Translations under genes and position numbers: made by a program | Assembly (NCBI GenBank): GCA_041690495.1 | Contig: JAWLHE010000001.1 | Location: 11,369 to 75,368 of the forward strand | Direction of reading: 5' to 3' | DNA length: 64,000 nt | Source: Alphaproteobacteria bacterium | GTDB taxonomy: Bacteria; Pseudomonadota; Alphaproteobacteria; CACIAM-22H2 | The notes under the pieces: generated by a model | Told to the model about the DNA's origin: nothing | What the model saw: only the letters and a program-made list of their open reading frames with translations | The model's database searches: none | Shown: one piece after another, positions 1 to 11,875 of the stretch | Numbering within the stretch: the stretch's first letter is position 1 | How the letters are laid out: each line of letters starts with the position of its first letter

Positions 1-187
1 TTGAAGTCCTCGAAATAGCGCTTCCCCATGTCCCCTCCGCTCGCCGTCTGGCATGCCTTAGCAGAGTCGGTCGCGATGTGCATACCGGCGACGTCGCCGA
101 CCGGGCGGCGGCACCAGCGGAACCGTCTGTCACACACTCCGTTGCCAGCCGGGTGGGGAGCGCCCCCCGCACGCATCGAGGTCGGTA

Positions 188-370
188 ATGCTCGGAATCG
201 CGGTCCTCGTCCTGCTGCTGGTTCTGCTGGTCGTGACCTGGCCGGGTTGGTCTTACAGCCGCCGCTGGGGCTACATCCCGACCGGCGCCATTGCTTTGTT
301 GATCGTTGCCGTTCTCATACTCGCCTATTCCGGGTTCCTGGCCATCCGGAACCCGTTCTCAGCCTTGTAG
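188..370 (+). CDS. DUF3309 family small membrane protein (60 aa)
   Basis: Hydrophobic 60-aa ORF with a TWPGWSYSRRWGY motif typical of DUF3309; two predicted TM segments. Confidence 0.6.
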   Translation: MLGIAVLVLLLVLLVVTWPGWSYSRRWGYIPTGAIALLIVAVLILAYSGFLAIRNPFSAL

Positions 371-472
371 GGCTGTCGGAACCGCACCGCCACGCGGTCG
401 TTCCGCGATCACGGCGGGCGCATGCGCTTGCCACGGCATTCGCCTGAACACGACATTTCGGAGAGCGCAGCC

Positions 473-934
473 ATGAGCATGACCGGACTCGAGGTCTTCG
501 ACGATACTCTGCAAAAGACGAATATCTGGCTCAAGGAGATCATGGCGGTTCTGGGCCCGGACCGCCGCCGCGCCTATACGGCCATGCGCGGCGTGCTGCA
601 TTGCCTGCGCGACCGGCTCACGGTCGACGAGGCGGCGCATCTGGGCGCGCAGCTTCCCATGCTGGTGCGCGGCATCTACTACGAAGGCTGGCGACCGACG
701 GGCAAGCCCGACAAAATCCGTTCACGCGACGAGTTCCTGGCCGGCATCGCCGATCATTTCAAAAACGTCCGCCCGATCGATCCGCAGGACGCGGCGCGGG
801 CGGTATTCCAGACCCTCGAGCATCACGTCGACCCGGGCGAGATTGCCGACGTGATCCAATCCCTGCCGCAGGATATCCGCACGATGTGGCCGCGCCACGC
901 GCAGTATGCGATGAACACCCCTGCTTCGGCCTGA
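473..934 (+). CDS. DUF2267 domain protein
   Basis: ATG at 473 inside the 422..934 ORF; conserved LRDRL…AAHLGAQLP…GIYYEGW pattern of DUF2267. Confidence 0.6.
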   Translation: MSMTGLEVFDDTLQKTNIWLKEIMAVLGPDRRRAYTAMRGVLHCLRDRLTVDEAAHLGAQLPMLVRGIYYEGWRPTGKPDKIRSRDEFLAGIADHFKNVRPIDPQDAARAVFQTLEHHVDPGEIADVIQSLPQDIRTMWPRHAQYAMNTPASA

Positions 935-1116
935 ACCCCGGGCGCGGGGCTGCCGGTCCGCCCCACATGCCCCTGGGCCGGGGAACGGACCGCGCGATCC
1001 GGCAATGGCTCTCCGTCTGGTGGCGCCGGACACGCGATTGTGCGCGTGATATTCGGTTTCGGCGCGTGGCCGCCGTCATGCTACGCTTGCCCCGGCACTC
1101 CTACGGATGGCAAGCC

Positions 1117-1611
1117 ATGGCAAACGATGCTCCGCCTACTGATAACGCCGCGGTCGCGATCGATGCGGCCAGCCTGAAAGCGCTCACCGGCACCGGCTAT
1201 CCCGATCCGTTCCGCAAGGCGGTGGCCGGCCGCGAGAAGCGCAGGCTCGGCGATGCATTCGGACTGAGCAATTTCGGCGTCAATCTGGTGAAGCTGCCGC
1301 CCGGCGTCATGTCGTCGATGCGGCACTGGCACAGCAAGCAGGACGAATTCGTCTACATGCTCGAGGGCGAAGTCGTCCTGATTACCGATGCCGGCGAGCA
1401 GATCCTCCGGCCGGGCATGGTCGCCGGTTTTCCCGCCGGCCGGGCCAACGGGCATCACCTCGTCAACCGCTCTACGCGCGATGCGCTCTACCTCGAAGTC
1501 GGCGATCGCATGCCGGGGGACAGCGCGACCTATCCCGACATCGACATGCACGCGACGCAGCAGCCCGACGGCAAGTGGGTCTACCTGCACAAGAACGGCG
1601 ACCCCTACTGA
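1117..1611 (+). CDS. cupin domain protein
   Basis: ATG at 1117 in frame within the 601..1611 ORF; small beta-barrel cupin-like sequence (…HWHSKQDEFVYMLEGEVVL…); upstream part of the ORF is Arg/Gly-rich filler. Confidence 0.65.
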   Translation: MANDAPPTDNAAVAIDAASLKALTGTGYPDPFRKAVAGREKRRLGDAFGLSNFGVNLVKLPPGVMSSMRHWHSKQDEFVYMLEGEVVLITDAGEQILRPGMVAGFPAGRANGHHLVNRSTRDALYLEVGDRMPGDSATYPDIDMHATQQPDGKWVYLHKNGDPY

Positions 1612-1719
1612 CGGACGGAAAGCGCCGTGATTGCGCCGATCACAGAGATGCGGCCGCGAACTATCGCTCCGCAACCATGGCCATGGACCGCCGGCGATCG
1701 TCCGCTATTTCATCGGGCC

Positions 1720-2208
1720 TCAACTGCCCAGTCGTGACTCGACCCGCACGCTTGCCTCAAGCGTGCGGTGGACCGGACATTTCTCGGCGATCTCCAGCAA
1801 CCGCGCCCGCTGTGCGTCGTCGAGCGGCCCGACCAGCTCGATCAGCCGCTCGATGCGCTCGATCTGCACATTGCCTTCAGGACAATTCTTGCAGTCGGTA
1901 GCGTAATCGCGGAAATGGCGGAGCCGGACGGTGATCCGGTCGACCGGCCAGCCTTTCCGGTTCGCATAGAGCCGCAGGGTCATCGACGTGCAGGAACCCA
2001 GCGCCATCAGCAGCAGGCGATAGGGCGACGGACCACGATCGTCGCCGCCGGCCTCCTTCGGCTCGTCGGCGAGCAGCACGTGCCGGCCGTCGAGCATCAC
2101 CTGGGTGAAGGCGCCGTCGCCGCGCTCGGTCACGACGACCGTGCCCTTGCCGGTACTCAGCTGCAGGCTTTCGATGGCGCCCGCTTCGATCGGTTTGCCC
2201 ATGCCCAC
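1720..2208 (-). CDS. OsmC/Ohr family protein
   Basis: 162 aa with OsmC-like length and conserved Cys-containing segments (LGSCTSMTL…, EKCPVHRTLE). Confidence 0.8.
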   Translation of the reverse strand: MGMGKPIEAGAIESLQLSTGKGTVVVTERGDGAFTQVMLDGRHVLLADEPKEAGGDDRGPSPYRLLLMALGSCTSMTLRLYANRKGWPVDRITVRLRHFRDYATDCKNCPEGNVQIERIERLIELVGPLDDAQRARLLEIAEKCPVHRTLEASVRVESRLGS

Positions 2209-2231
2209 CCTCCGAATACGAATAGGGGCGG

Positions 2232-2255
2232 GTTTAAACCCGCCCCTGGAGGGAA
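2232..2255 (-). terminator. GC-rich perfect hairpin (AGGGGCGGG-TTTAAA-CCCGCCCCT) downstream of rho
   Basis: 9-bp perfect inverted repeat with 6-nt loop between the rho stop (2279) and the osmC start (2208); moderate T content downstream on the minus strand. Confidence 0.5.
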
Positions 2256-2278
2256 TCCAATCAATTCTCGCAGGCCCG

Positions 2279-3655
<1,377 letters not shown>

Positions 3656-4266
3656 CGGTGGGCTTCATTGGGGAAAAGGGCCCGGTCGGTCGGGCCGGAT
3701 ATTCGCTGGACGGGGACGGCGCGACGACACGCGCCGTGGTTTCAAGAGTTTCAATGACCAACCCGCAAACGGGCCGACACGACGGAAATTTCGGGGGTTG
3801 GCTGGCCGTGGCGCTGCGCCTCGATCTACCCGCAACGCTGTAGGCCAAATCTGATCGCCTCGAAAGAAGCGACGTCTACAAGCATTTAGTCGAAGGTGGG
3901 GGGCAAGTCAACCCGCTCAATTGTTGCCATTCCGATGCCCGCCGCGGCCCCGGATCCGTTCAGGATATACGATCACAGGTTGTGGCCCGGTGGCTCCCGG
4001 TCGTGCGCGCCCTTATCCCGCTTTGTTCTTAAATCTCTGTTAAATCGCCCGGCTTACAGTGTACCCACCCAACAAATCATAAACCGGGGACCCCGATGGC
4101 TTGTGCACGCGGCGCCGCAATTTCCGGTATTCGGTGCCACCGGTACGGGCCCGGCGCGGCCAGCGGCCGGGGTCCGGGCGAGCCAGTCCCGGCCGTCCGG
4201 AAAGCCGGCTTCCGGGTGATCGATCCCCGCGACGGCAGCAGCGCCTGACGGCCGCCGGAGATCCCG

Positions 4267-6459
4267 ATGCTCCCTATCCGCAAACAACATTCTTCCGCCT
4301 CACACGCGCGCGATGTTTCGGCCGAACCGGTCCTGGCGGCAGGCGATCCGCGACGCACCTTTGGCCTTCGCCACAAGCTGTTTGCCGCCTTCGGCGTGGT
4401 TGCCGCCACGACCGTCGCGGCTAGCATCGTTGCGTGGATCAACTTCACCGGGGCCGGCGCGACCATCCAGGACATCACCGCCCGCCGCATGCCCTCCGTG
4501 GTGGGATCGCTGCAGCTCGCGCGCGTCACCGCCGATGCCGCCGCAATCGCTCCAGGCCTCGCCACCGCAGCCGACGAGAGCGAACGTTTCGAAGTGCTCA
4601 GCACCCTGCAAGAGAAGGAAGCGGCCATGCAGGAGCAGCTCGGCAAGCTCCTCGAGGCCGGACACACCGCGGCGGTCGAAACCCTGCAGCCGCTCGCGGC
4701 AGACATGTCGGCAAAGCTCAACGAACTCAACGCGGCGGTGCAGGAACGCATCATCGTCGGCCAGCAGAAGACGCATGGCGTGGTGGCGCTGCGCGACGCT
4801 CACGGGAAACTCCTGCAGGTGCTGGCGCCTCTCGCCGACGAAACCGGCTCCAATCTTCGCGCCGGCCTGCAATCCGCCGCAGCCAAGCAGGCCGGGCAGG
4901 ACGTCGCGCAGCAACTTGCAAAGCTTGCTGACCAGGACCTCGCCTCGTTCGAGGCAATGCTGAAGCTTGCAAGCGAGGCCAATCTGCTCGTCGGCATCCT
5001 GACCGAGGCCGCATTCGCACCGCAAGCCGAGCTTCTTGTCCCGGCGCGCGAACGCTACGTCGCCAGCAGGGATCGGCTCACGAAGGCGCTCGGGATTGCC
5101 GCCGACGAAGCGCGCGCCGCCGCCGCCGCGCTGCTTGCTTTCGGCGAAGGCAGGACCGACCTTATCGAGCTGCGCAAGCGAGAACTCGCCGCGGTCATGA
5201 CCGCTTCGAACGCAATGCGCGCAAGCCGCGAGATCGCCGAACGCTTCGCCGAGGAAGTCAGCGCGATCGTCGCCGCTACCGATGCCGCCAATCGCGACGC
5301 CGTCGCCGCCTCGGACGACGCCATCGCGTGGGGCAAGATGCTTCTGCTCGTCTTCGCCGGACTGAGCGTCGTCTCCGCCGGGGGCCTCGCCTGGCTCTAT
5401 GTCGGCCGCTATATCGTCGGCCGCCTGACGACGCTGGGGCGCGCCATGCGCGCGGTCGCGCGCGGTGAGCTCGACACCCCGATACCGTCCGGCGGCCGCG
5501 ACGAGATCGCCGACATGGCGGCGGCGCTCGTGATCTTTCGCGATACGGCGCTCGAGGTCAGAGCGGCGAACGCGCGCGCCGAGGAGGAGCGTGCGAAGGC
5601 TTCGGCACAGCGGCACCAGGACCGGCTGCGCCTCGCCGACAGTCTCGAGGAGACCGTCAAGAACGTGGTCGGCGTCGTCTCGAGCTCCGCTGCGACGATG
5701 CACGCGACCGCCGAATCGATGACGGTCACCGCCGAGCAGACCTCGCGCCAGTCCGCCGCGGTCGCGACTGCGTCGGAGGAGGCATCGAGCAACGTGCAGA
5801 CGGTTGCATCGGCCGCCGAGGAGCTCTCGTCCTCGATCGTCGAGATCGGCCGCCAGGTGGAACAGTCGGCCGCGATGGCACACCGCGCCGTCGAGGAGGC
5901 GAACAGCACCAACGCTTCCGTGCAGGGCCTGGCCGAGGGCGCGCAGAAGATCGGCGAAGTGGTGAAGCTGATCAACGACATTGCCGCGCAGACCAATCTC
6001 CTGGCCCTCAACGCCACGATCGAGGCAGCCCGCGCCGGCGACGCCGGCAAGGGCTTCGCCGTCGTCGCCGGCGAGGTCAAGGCGCTCGCCAATCAGACCG
6101 CCAAGGCCACCGAGGAGATCGCTTCGCAGATTTCCGCCATCCAGGGCGCAACCATGGAGTCGGTCGGCGCCATCCGCAAAATCGGCAAGACGATCGCCGA
6201 CATCGCCGAAACCGCTACATCGATCGCAGCGGCTGTCGAGGAGCAGCGCGCGGCGACGCAGGAGATCGCGCGCAACGTGCAGCAGGCCGCGCGCGGCACC
6301 AGCGATGTCTCGCGGAACATCGACGGCGTTTCGACAGCTGCGAATGAAACGGGTCAGGCTGCCGGCCAGGTCCTCGTCATTGCCGGCGAGCTCGCCAGGC
6401 AATCAGATCAGCTGCAGGCCGAGGTCGACACGTTCGTGGCACGCATCCGGGCGTCCTGA
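4267..6459 (+). CDS. methyl-accepting chemotaxis protein with HAMP domain
   Basis: 730 aa; N-terminal TM, helical periplasmic region, second TM, HAMP, and conserved MCP signalling segment ([31 protein letters not shown]). Confidence 0.9.
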   Translation: MLPIRKQHSSASHARDVSAEPVLAAGDPRRTFGLRHKLFAAFGVVAATTVAASIVAWINFTGAGATIQDITARRMPSVVGSLQLARVTADAAAIAPGLATAADESERFEVLSTLQEKEAAMQEQLGKLLEAGHTAAVETLQPLAADMSAKLNELNAAVQERIIVGQQKTHGVVALRDAHGKLLQVLAPLADETGSNLRAGLQSAAAKQAGQDVAQQLAKLADQDLASFEAMLKLASEANLLVGILTEAAFAPQAELLVPARERYVASRDRLTKALGIAADEARAAAAALLAFGEGRTDLIELRKRELAAVMTASNAMRASREIAERFAEEVSAIVAATDAANRDAVAASDDAIAWGKMLLLVFAGLSVVSAGGLAWLYVGRYIVGRLTTLGRAMRAVARGELDTPIPSGGRDEIADMAAALVIFRDTALEVRAANARAEEERAKASAQRHQDRLRLADSLEETVKNVVGVVSSSAATMHATAESMTVTAEQTSRQSAAVATASEEASSNVQTVASAAEELSSSIVEIGRQVEQSAAMAHRAVEEANSTNASVQGLAEGAQKIGEVVKLINDIAAQTNLLALNATIEAARAGDAGKGFAVVAGEVKALANQTAKATEEIASQISAIQGATMESVGAIRKIGKTIADIAETATSIAAAVEEQRAATQEIARNVQQAARGTSDVSRNIDGVSTAANETGQAAGQVLVIAGELARQSDQLQAEVDTFVARIRAS

Positions 6460-6525
6460 CCGGCGTGCGGAACCCTGCGGGAGCGCGTTCATGGCCACCC
6501 CGCCGCCGCCGGCCGGCCAGGCGGA

Positions 6526-6978
6526 TCAGAACGGCTTGACGATCACCAGGATGACGATGGCGATCAGCACCAGCGTCGGAACCTCGTTCCAGATCCGATA
6601 GACGCGTGCCGGCCGCTTATTGCGGTCGTCGGCGAAATCCTTGCGCCAGGCCGCATAGAGGTGGTGCACCACCGTGAGCACCACGACCAGCACCAGCTTC
6701 GCGTGCAGCCAGCCTTGAGCCCAGTCCTGCACCACAAGCATCAGCCCGCCGAACACGTACACTGCAACCATCGCCGGGTTCATGATCGCGCGCAGCAGGC
6801 GGCGTTCCATTACCTTCAGAGTTTCGGACAGCGCTGAGCCGACGGGCGCATCCGCGTGATACACGAATAGCCGCGGCAGATAGAGCAGCCCGGCCATCCA
6901 TGCGATCACCGATATCAGGTGAAGCGCCTTGATCCAGAGGTACCACTCCGCGACCCAGGCGCTGATCGAATCGAACAT
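6526..6978 (-). CDS. hemJ: protoporphyrinogen IX oxidase HemJ (CopD-like/UPF0093 family)
   Basis: About 150 aa membrane protein with a HemJ-like N-terminus (LYLPRLFVYHA); lies directly downstream of hemH/hemE. Confidence 0.75.
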   Translation of the reverse strand: MFDSISAWVAEWYLWIKALHLISVIAWMAGLLYLPRLFVYHADAPVGSALSETLKVMERRLLRAIMNPAMVAVYVFGGLMLVVQDWAQGWLHAKLVLVVVLTVVHHLYAAWRKDFADDRNKRPARVYRIWNEVPTLVLIAIVILVIVKPF

Positions 6979-7035
6979 GGCCCGCGACTTTGCCCCAAGC
7001 CGCACACGCGAACAACGGCCAATGGTCGCGCGAGG

Positions 7036-8064
7036 TCAGGGCGTGGCGAAGCATCGTCCGCAGTGGGCCGGACACAGCCGCATGCCTGTTTCGGAGCGGC
7101 GGCCGGACGCGGGCAGGGCCGCGGCGGTCACTACCAGCCGCGCGAGACCGGCGATGAATGCCGGATGGGTCGAAACGGTGGGGACGCGCAGATAGGCCGG
7201 CACACCGTGCTTCTCAGCGCGATCGCGGTAGTCGATGTCGAGCTCGACCAGCGTTTCCGAGTGCTCCGACACGAACGAGATCGGCACGACCACCAGCGGC
7301 ATATGCTCGCGGCCGGCGCGCTCGATCTCAGCTTCCGTGTACGGTCCGATCCATTCCAACGGACCGACGCGGCTCTGATAGCAGACCACATGGTCCAGCT
7401 CGCGAACGGCCAGCTCGCGGACGACCGCCGCGGCAGTCTGCTCGACCTGCCACTGATAGGGGTCGCCGCCACGAACGACCTTCCTCGGCAATCCATGCGC
7501 GGAGAACAGGACCCGCGGCTTGCCGGATTCGCCGGCCGCGGCAAGTACCGGACGAATCAATGCAGCGATTGCCGTGACGAAGCCGGGCTCGGTCGGGTGG
7601 CAGCAAATCGTCCTGGTCGGGCGGTCCAGGCCGGCCCTGCGCGCTGCCTGCGTCCACTCCCGGTGCGAGGATGCGGTAGTCGTCGTGGAGAACTGGGGGT
7701 AGAGCGGCAGCAGCACGATCTCGTCCGGCTCATAGGCCTTCACCGCCGCGGCTGCCTCGTCGCTCATCGGATGCCAGTAGCGCATCGCGATGAAGACGCG
7801 CGTGTCGCCGCCGAGTGCCGCTTGAAGCGCTTCAGCCTGCAGGCGCGTGTTGGCCAGCAACGGCGACGAGCCGCCGATACGATTATAATTCTCCGCCGCG
7901 GTGACCGCGCGGCGCGCCGCAAGCAACCGCGCCAGCACGAAGCGCAGGGGCTGCGGCAAGCCTATGATCGACGGGTCGTTGAAGAGATTGAACAAGAACG
8001 GGCGCACCGCTTCCGGCGAATCCGGCCCGCCGAGATTGAACAGGACGACGGCGCGGCGTGTCAC
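7036..8064 (-). CDS. hemH: ferrochelatase
   Basis: 342 aa; conserved ferrochelatase segments (VLLFNLGGPD…, RYWHP…, SAHGLP). Confidence 0.95.
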   Translation of the reverse strand: MTRRAVVLFNLGGPDSPEAVRPFLFNLFNDPSIIGLPQPLRFVLARLLAARRAVTAAENYNRIGGSSPLLANTRLQAEALQAALGGDTRVFIAMRYWHPMSDEAAAAVKAYEPDEIVLLPLYPQFSTTTTASSHREWTQAARRAGLDRPTRTICCHPTEPGFVTAIAALIRPVLAAAGESGKPRVLFSAHGLPRKVVRGGDPYQWQVEQTAAAVVRELAVRELDHVVCYQSRVGPLEWIGPYTEAEIERAGREHMPLVVVPISFVSEHSETLVELDIDYRDRAEKHGVPAYLRVPTVSTHPAFIAGLARLVVTAAALPASGRRSETGMRLCPAHCGRCFATP

Positions 8065-8073
8065 GGCTCGAGA

Positions 8074-9195
8074 TCAGTTCCGCCAGCGCCGGATGAAATC
8101 GCAGAGAATCCCGACATTGTCGGGGGGCGTTTCCGGCACGATCCCATGGCCCAGATTGAACACGAACGGTCCCTTTCCCAAAGCCGTCAGAATATGCGCG
8201 GCTCCTTCCGCCATGGAGCGACCGCCGATCGCCACCAGCATCGGGTCGAGATTGCCCTGCACCGTCGCCTGGCGCTGCAGAACCGACGCTGCCCAGCCCG
8301 GCGGCACGCTGGAATCGATGCCGATCGCCGTGACGCCGGTCAGAGCAGGAAAATCCTGGTACTGTACGCCCGCCCCTTTCGGGAAGGCGATGATCGGTAC
8401 CGCCGGATGACGCATCCGAAGCTGCTGGGTGATCTCGCGGATCGGCGCCACGCACCAGCGCTGGAAGGCCGCGTCCGAAAGTACGCCCGCCCAGGTGTCG
8501 AAGATCTGCACTGCCTCCGCTCCGGCATCGATCTGCGCGGCAAGATATTCGACCGTCGCGTCGACGAGCAGCTCGATCAGCCGCTGGAACGAATCCGGAT
8601 CTGCATAGGCCCAGCGCCGCACATGACGGAAATCGTGTCCGCCCCCGCCTTCGACCATGTAGGTGGCGACCGTCCAGGGCGCTCCGGCGAAGCCGATCAG
8701 CGCCGTATCCAGCGGCAGTCGCTTCGATACCAGCCGCACGGTCTCAAGCACCGGTGCGAGCCGCGTCGTGACTTTCTCCAGCTGATCGCCAAGCCTCGCT
8801 ACCTCGCGGGCCGAGCGTATCGGTTCCAGCACCGGCCCCTCGCCCTCCCGGAATTCCAGCTTCTGTCCCAGGGCATGCGGCACCAGAAGGATGTCGGCGA
8901 ACAGGATCGCCGCATCCATGCCGAAGCGCCGGATCGGCTGGAGCGTGATTTCCGAGGCCAGCTCCGGCGTCAGGCACAGCGATACGAAATCCGGCGCCTT
9001 GGCGCGCAAGACCCGGTATTCGGGCAGATAGCGCCCGGCCTGGCGCATGAACCAGAACGAGGGACGGGCATGGACCTCACCATGCAGGGCACGAATGAGG
9101 GATTTGGCCTGGGCGAGCGTACCGGTCGATGACACGACGATTGTGCAGCTTGAAAGCGATATGGGAACGAGACTGGTCCGAAGACCCGCCCTCAT
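8074..9195 (-). CDS. hemE: uroporphyrinogen decarboxylase
   Basis: Conserved PSFWFMRQAGRYLPEY motif and full-length URO-D homology; true start may be the GTG near 9135, giving an MSSTGTLAQAKSLIRAL N-terminus. Confidence 0.92.
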   Translation of the reverse strand: MRAGLRTSLVPISLSSCTIVVSSTGTLAQAKSLIRALHGEVHARPSFWFMRQAGRYLPEYRVLRAKAPDFVSLCLTPELASEITLQPIRRFGMDAAILFADILLVPHALGQKLEFREGEGPVLEPIRSAREVARLGDQLEKVTTRLAPVLETVRLVSKRLPLDTALIGFAGAPWTVATYMVEGGGGHDFRHVRRWAYADPDSFQRLIELLVDATVEYLAAQIDAGAEAVQIFDTWAGVLSDAAFQRWCVAPIREITQQLRMRHPAVPIIAFPKGAGVQYQDFPALTGVTAIGIDSSVPPGWAASVLQRQATVQGNLDPMLVAIGGRSMAEGAAHILTALGKGPFVFNLGHGIVPETPPDNVGILCDFIRRWRN

Positions 9196-9242
9196 ACTAC
9201 TCTTCTTATGAATCTATAAGGAAGTGAAGGTAGTGGATACCT

Positions 9243-9441
9243 GTGAATCGGGTGAATTCACGGCCATGCTCCGGTTATCCACCTCGAGCTGCGCCCACGC
9301 GCGGCTGTGGGCAGGGCTGTGCGCTGGACGTCCGCGATGCGCCCGCAAGGCGCAGGTATCCCCGCCGGAGGCGGTGAGCATATGGCGATGTGGAAAGCGT
9401 GGATCACGATCATTACACCGGCTCGGACCGTGATTCACGGA
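9243..9441. promoter_or_regulatory. cluster of GTGA-N1-3-TCAC palindromes in the hemE–ppsR divergent intergenic region
   Basis: GTGAATcggGTGAATTCAC at 9244-9262, GTGGATCACGATCAT at 9399-9413, CCGTGATTCACGG at 9429-9441, plus cgtgaat at 9566-9576 just before the ppsR start. Confidence 0.4.
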
Positions 9442-9573
9442 CACGCACAGAATTTTTCCTCAGCCGGGCATTTCGCGGTATGCATGGCGCGCTACGGGCG
9501 CGGAATTCGACCCCGTCGGGATAACACCCGACTTATCCCCGCTCGCAACGGGCTGTCCCCAGCTGGATCGTGA

Positions 9574-10404
9574 ATGAAGAACTTCCATCTCCATCTCGTC
9601 TCGGATGCGACCGGGGAAACCAATAACGCGGTTGCGCGCGCCTGCTTCGTGCAGTTCGAGGAGGTCGAGCCGATCGAGCACAACTGGTCGATGATCCGTA
9701 CCGAGCGCCAGCTCGAGAAGGTGATCGCCGGTATCAAGGCCAATCCGGGCGTCGTCCTGTTCACGATTCTCGACAAGGATCTTCGCAAGTATCTCGAGAA
9801 CGCTTGCCGCGAGCTGTCGGTGCCGTACATCTCGGTGCTGGATCCGGTGCTCGACGTGCTCGCGAACTATCTCCATGCCAAGGCGCGCAATCTTCCGGGC
9901 CGGCAGCATGCGCTCGATGCCGAATATTTCGCTCGCATCGAGGCGATGGATTTCGTCATGGCGCACGATGACGGCCAGGCGCTGGTCGACCTGCGCAAGG
10001 CGGATGTCGTGTTGGTCGGCGTCTCGCGCACCTCGAAATCGCCGACCTGCATCTACCTGGGCAACCGCGGAATAAAGGCCGCCAACGTGCCGTTGGTGCC
10101 CGGTCTCAGACTGCCTGAAGAGCTCGAGGAACTCGACGGTCCGCTCATCATCGGCCTGACCAACGATCCCAACGTTCTCGTCCAGATCCGCCGCAACCGG
10201 CTGCGGATGCTCAATGAAACGCGCAACACCGAGTATATCGACCCCGAGGCGGTGAAGGCCGAAGTGGCGGCCGCCCGGCGGCTGTTCTCGGAGCGAGGCT
10301 GGCCGGTGCTGGACGTCTCGCGTCGTTCCATCGAGGAAACGGCTGCTGCCATCATGCAGATGGTCGCCGAGCGGGGCGGCAAACAGAAGAAGATCACCGC
10401 GTGA
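9574..10404 (+). CDS. pyruvate,phosphate dikinase / PEP synthase regulatory protein (DUF299 kinase-phosphotransferase)
   Basis: 276 aa with the typical MKNFHLHLVSDATGET N-terminus and P-loop GVSRTSKSPT of PpsR/PDRP family. Confidence 0.9.
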   Translation: MKNFHLHLVSDATGETNNAVARACFVQFEEVEPIEHNWSMIRTERQLEKVIAGIKANPGVVLFTILDKDLRKYLENACRELSVPYISVLDPVLDVLANYLHAKARNLPGRQHALDAEYFARIEAMDFVMAHDDGQALVDLRKADVVLVGVSRTSKSPTCIYLGNRGIKAANVPLVPGLRLPEELEELDGPLIIGLTNDPNVLVQIRRNRLRMLNETRNTEYIDPEAVKAEVAAARRLFSERGWPVLDVSRRSIEETAAAIMQMVAERGGKQKKITA

Positions 10405-11021
10405 GTGCGTTGTTGGTCCAGGGCGCACCGAAGATCGTGCTGGCCTCGGCGAGCGTGGCTCGCCGTGCTCTGCTGACAAATGCCGGTATTCCAGTCGAAG
10501 CCGATCCGGGTGTCGTCGACGAGGACGAGGTCAAGCGCGCCATGCGCGCCGATGGGGCGCCGGCCGCCGCCGTGGCCGAGACCCTCGCTGAAATGAAGGC
10601 GCTCCGCGTGGCGCCGCGCCATCCCGACGCCCTGGTGCTCGGCGCCGACCAGATGCTCGAGTGCAATGGCGTGTGGTTCGACAAACCCGCCGATCGCGCG
10701 CACGCGGCGGCGCACCTGGCAGCGCTTTCCGGCCGCACGCACAAGCTGATCAGTGGCGTCGTCTGCGTGCGTAACGGCGCCAGAATCTGGCATCACACCG
10801 CGACCGCATCGTTAACCATGCGTTCTCTGTCGCGAGAGTTCATCGAGACCTATCTCGATGCCGTCGGTTCGCGCGCGCTCTCGTCGGTCGGTGCGTACCA
10901 GCTCGAGGGCATCGGCGCCCATCTCTTTGCCCGGGTCGAAGGCGATTATTTCACTGTACTCGGCTTGCCCTTGCTCGACGTACTCGCTTTCCTGCGCGGG
11001 CATAGCGTGGTTATAGGTTAG
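10401..11021 (+). CDS. maf: Maf-like nucleoside triphosphate pyrophosphatase
   Basis: 206 aa; Maf family motifs (LASAS…R, GADQ…, AY.LEG); overlaps the preceding gene by 4 bp. Confidence 0.85.
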   Translation: MSALLVQGAPKIVLASASVARRALLTNAGIPVEADPGVVDEDEVKRAMRADGAPAAAVAETLAEMKALRVAPRHPDALVLGADQMLECNGVWFDKPADRAHAAAHLAALSGRTHKLISGVVCVRNGARIWHHTATASLTMRSLSREFIETYLDAVGSRALSSVGAYQLEGIGAHLFARVEGDYFTVLGLPLLDVLAFLRGHSVVIG

Positions 11022-11023
11022 AA

Positions 11024-11869
11024 ATGACGATCACGGGCGCCGCACGCATCGCCGGTGTGATCGGGTGGCCGGTCAAGCATTCGCGCTCCCCGCAACTGCA
11101 CGGCTACTGGCTGACCAAATATCGTATCGACGGCGCCTATGTTCCCTTTGCGGTGGCGCCGGAGGATCTCGGGGCCGTCATCTCCGCGCTGCGGCCGCTC
11201 GGAATGGCCGGCCTCAATGTCACCGTTCCGCACAAGGAAGCGGTCCTCTCCCTGGTCGATGAGGCCGATTCGCTCGCGCGCCGGATCGGTGCGGTGAATA
11301 CGATCGTGGTTCGCGCCGATGGATCGCTTCACGGGAGCAACACGGATTCCTTCGGCTTCATCGAGCATCTGCGTGCATCGGTGCCGGGCTGGAACGCAGG
11401 CGCCCCGGCCGTCGTGCTTGGGGCCGGCGGTGCCGCACGCGCGGTGGTCGTGGCGCTCATCGACGCGGGTGTTCCCGAGCTGCGCATCGTCAACCGCTCG
11501 CGCAGCCGCGCCGAGCGCCTCGCCGCGGAGCTCGGCGGACCTATCCGTGTCGCAGACTGGGGCGACTGGAAAACTCCGCTCGGCGATGCCGGTCTGCTGG
11601 TCAACACCACCACGCTGGGGATGGAGGGAGAGCGGCCGCTGGAGATCGATCTCGCGATGCTGCCGCCATCGGCGGCGGTCAATGACATCGTATATGTCCC
11701 GCTCGAAACCCAGCTGCTCGCCGCGGCACGGCGGCGCGGCAATGCGATCGTCGACGGGCTCGGGATGCTGCTGCACCAGGCGCGGCCCGGCTTCCGCTCG
11801 TGGTTCGGCGTCGATCCGGAAGTGACGCCCGAGCTGCGTGCGCATGTCGCCGCCGACCTGCTCCGGTAA
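11024..11869 (+). CDS. aroE: shikimate dehydrogenase
   Basis: 281 aa; SPQLHGYW substrate-binding motif and NADP Rossmann GAGGAARA. Confidence 0.92.
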   Translation: MTITGAARIAGVIGWPVKHSRSPQLHGYWLTKYRIDGAYVPFAVAPEDLGAVISALRPLGMAGLNVTVPHKEAVLSLVDEADSLARRIGAVNTIVVRADGSLHGSNTDSFGFIEHLRASVPGWNAGAPAVVLGAGGAARAVVVALIDAGVPELRIVNRSRSRAERLAAELGGPIRVADWGDWKTPLGDAGLLVNTTTLGMEGERPLEIDLAMLPPSAAVNDIVYVPLETQLLAAARRRGNAIVDGLGMLLHQARPGFRSWFGVDPEVTPELRAHVAADLLR

Positions 11870-11875
11870 GGTGCC

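Noticed and set aside
6919-9132. 737-aa plus-strand ORF
   Set aside because: Lies antisense to hemH and hemE, whose products are recognisable; Arg/Gly/Asp-rich composition typical of a GC-driven spurious frame
9214-9573. Small ORFs (76, 69, 88 aa) in the hemE–ppsR intergenic region
   Set aside because: Cys/Arg/Trp-rich translations with no support; region better explained as regulatory DNA with repeated palindromes
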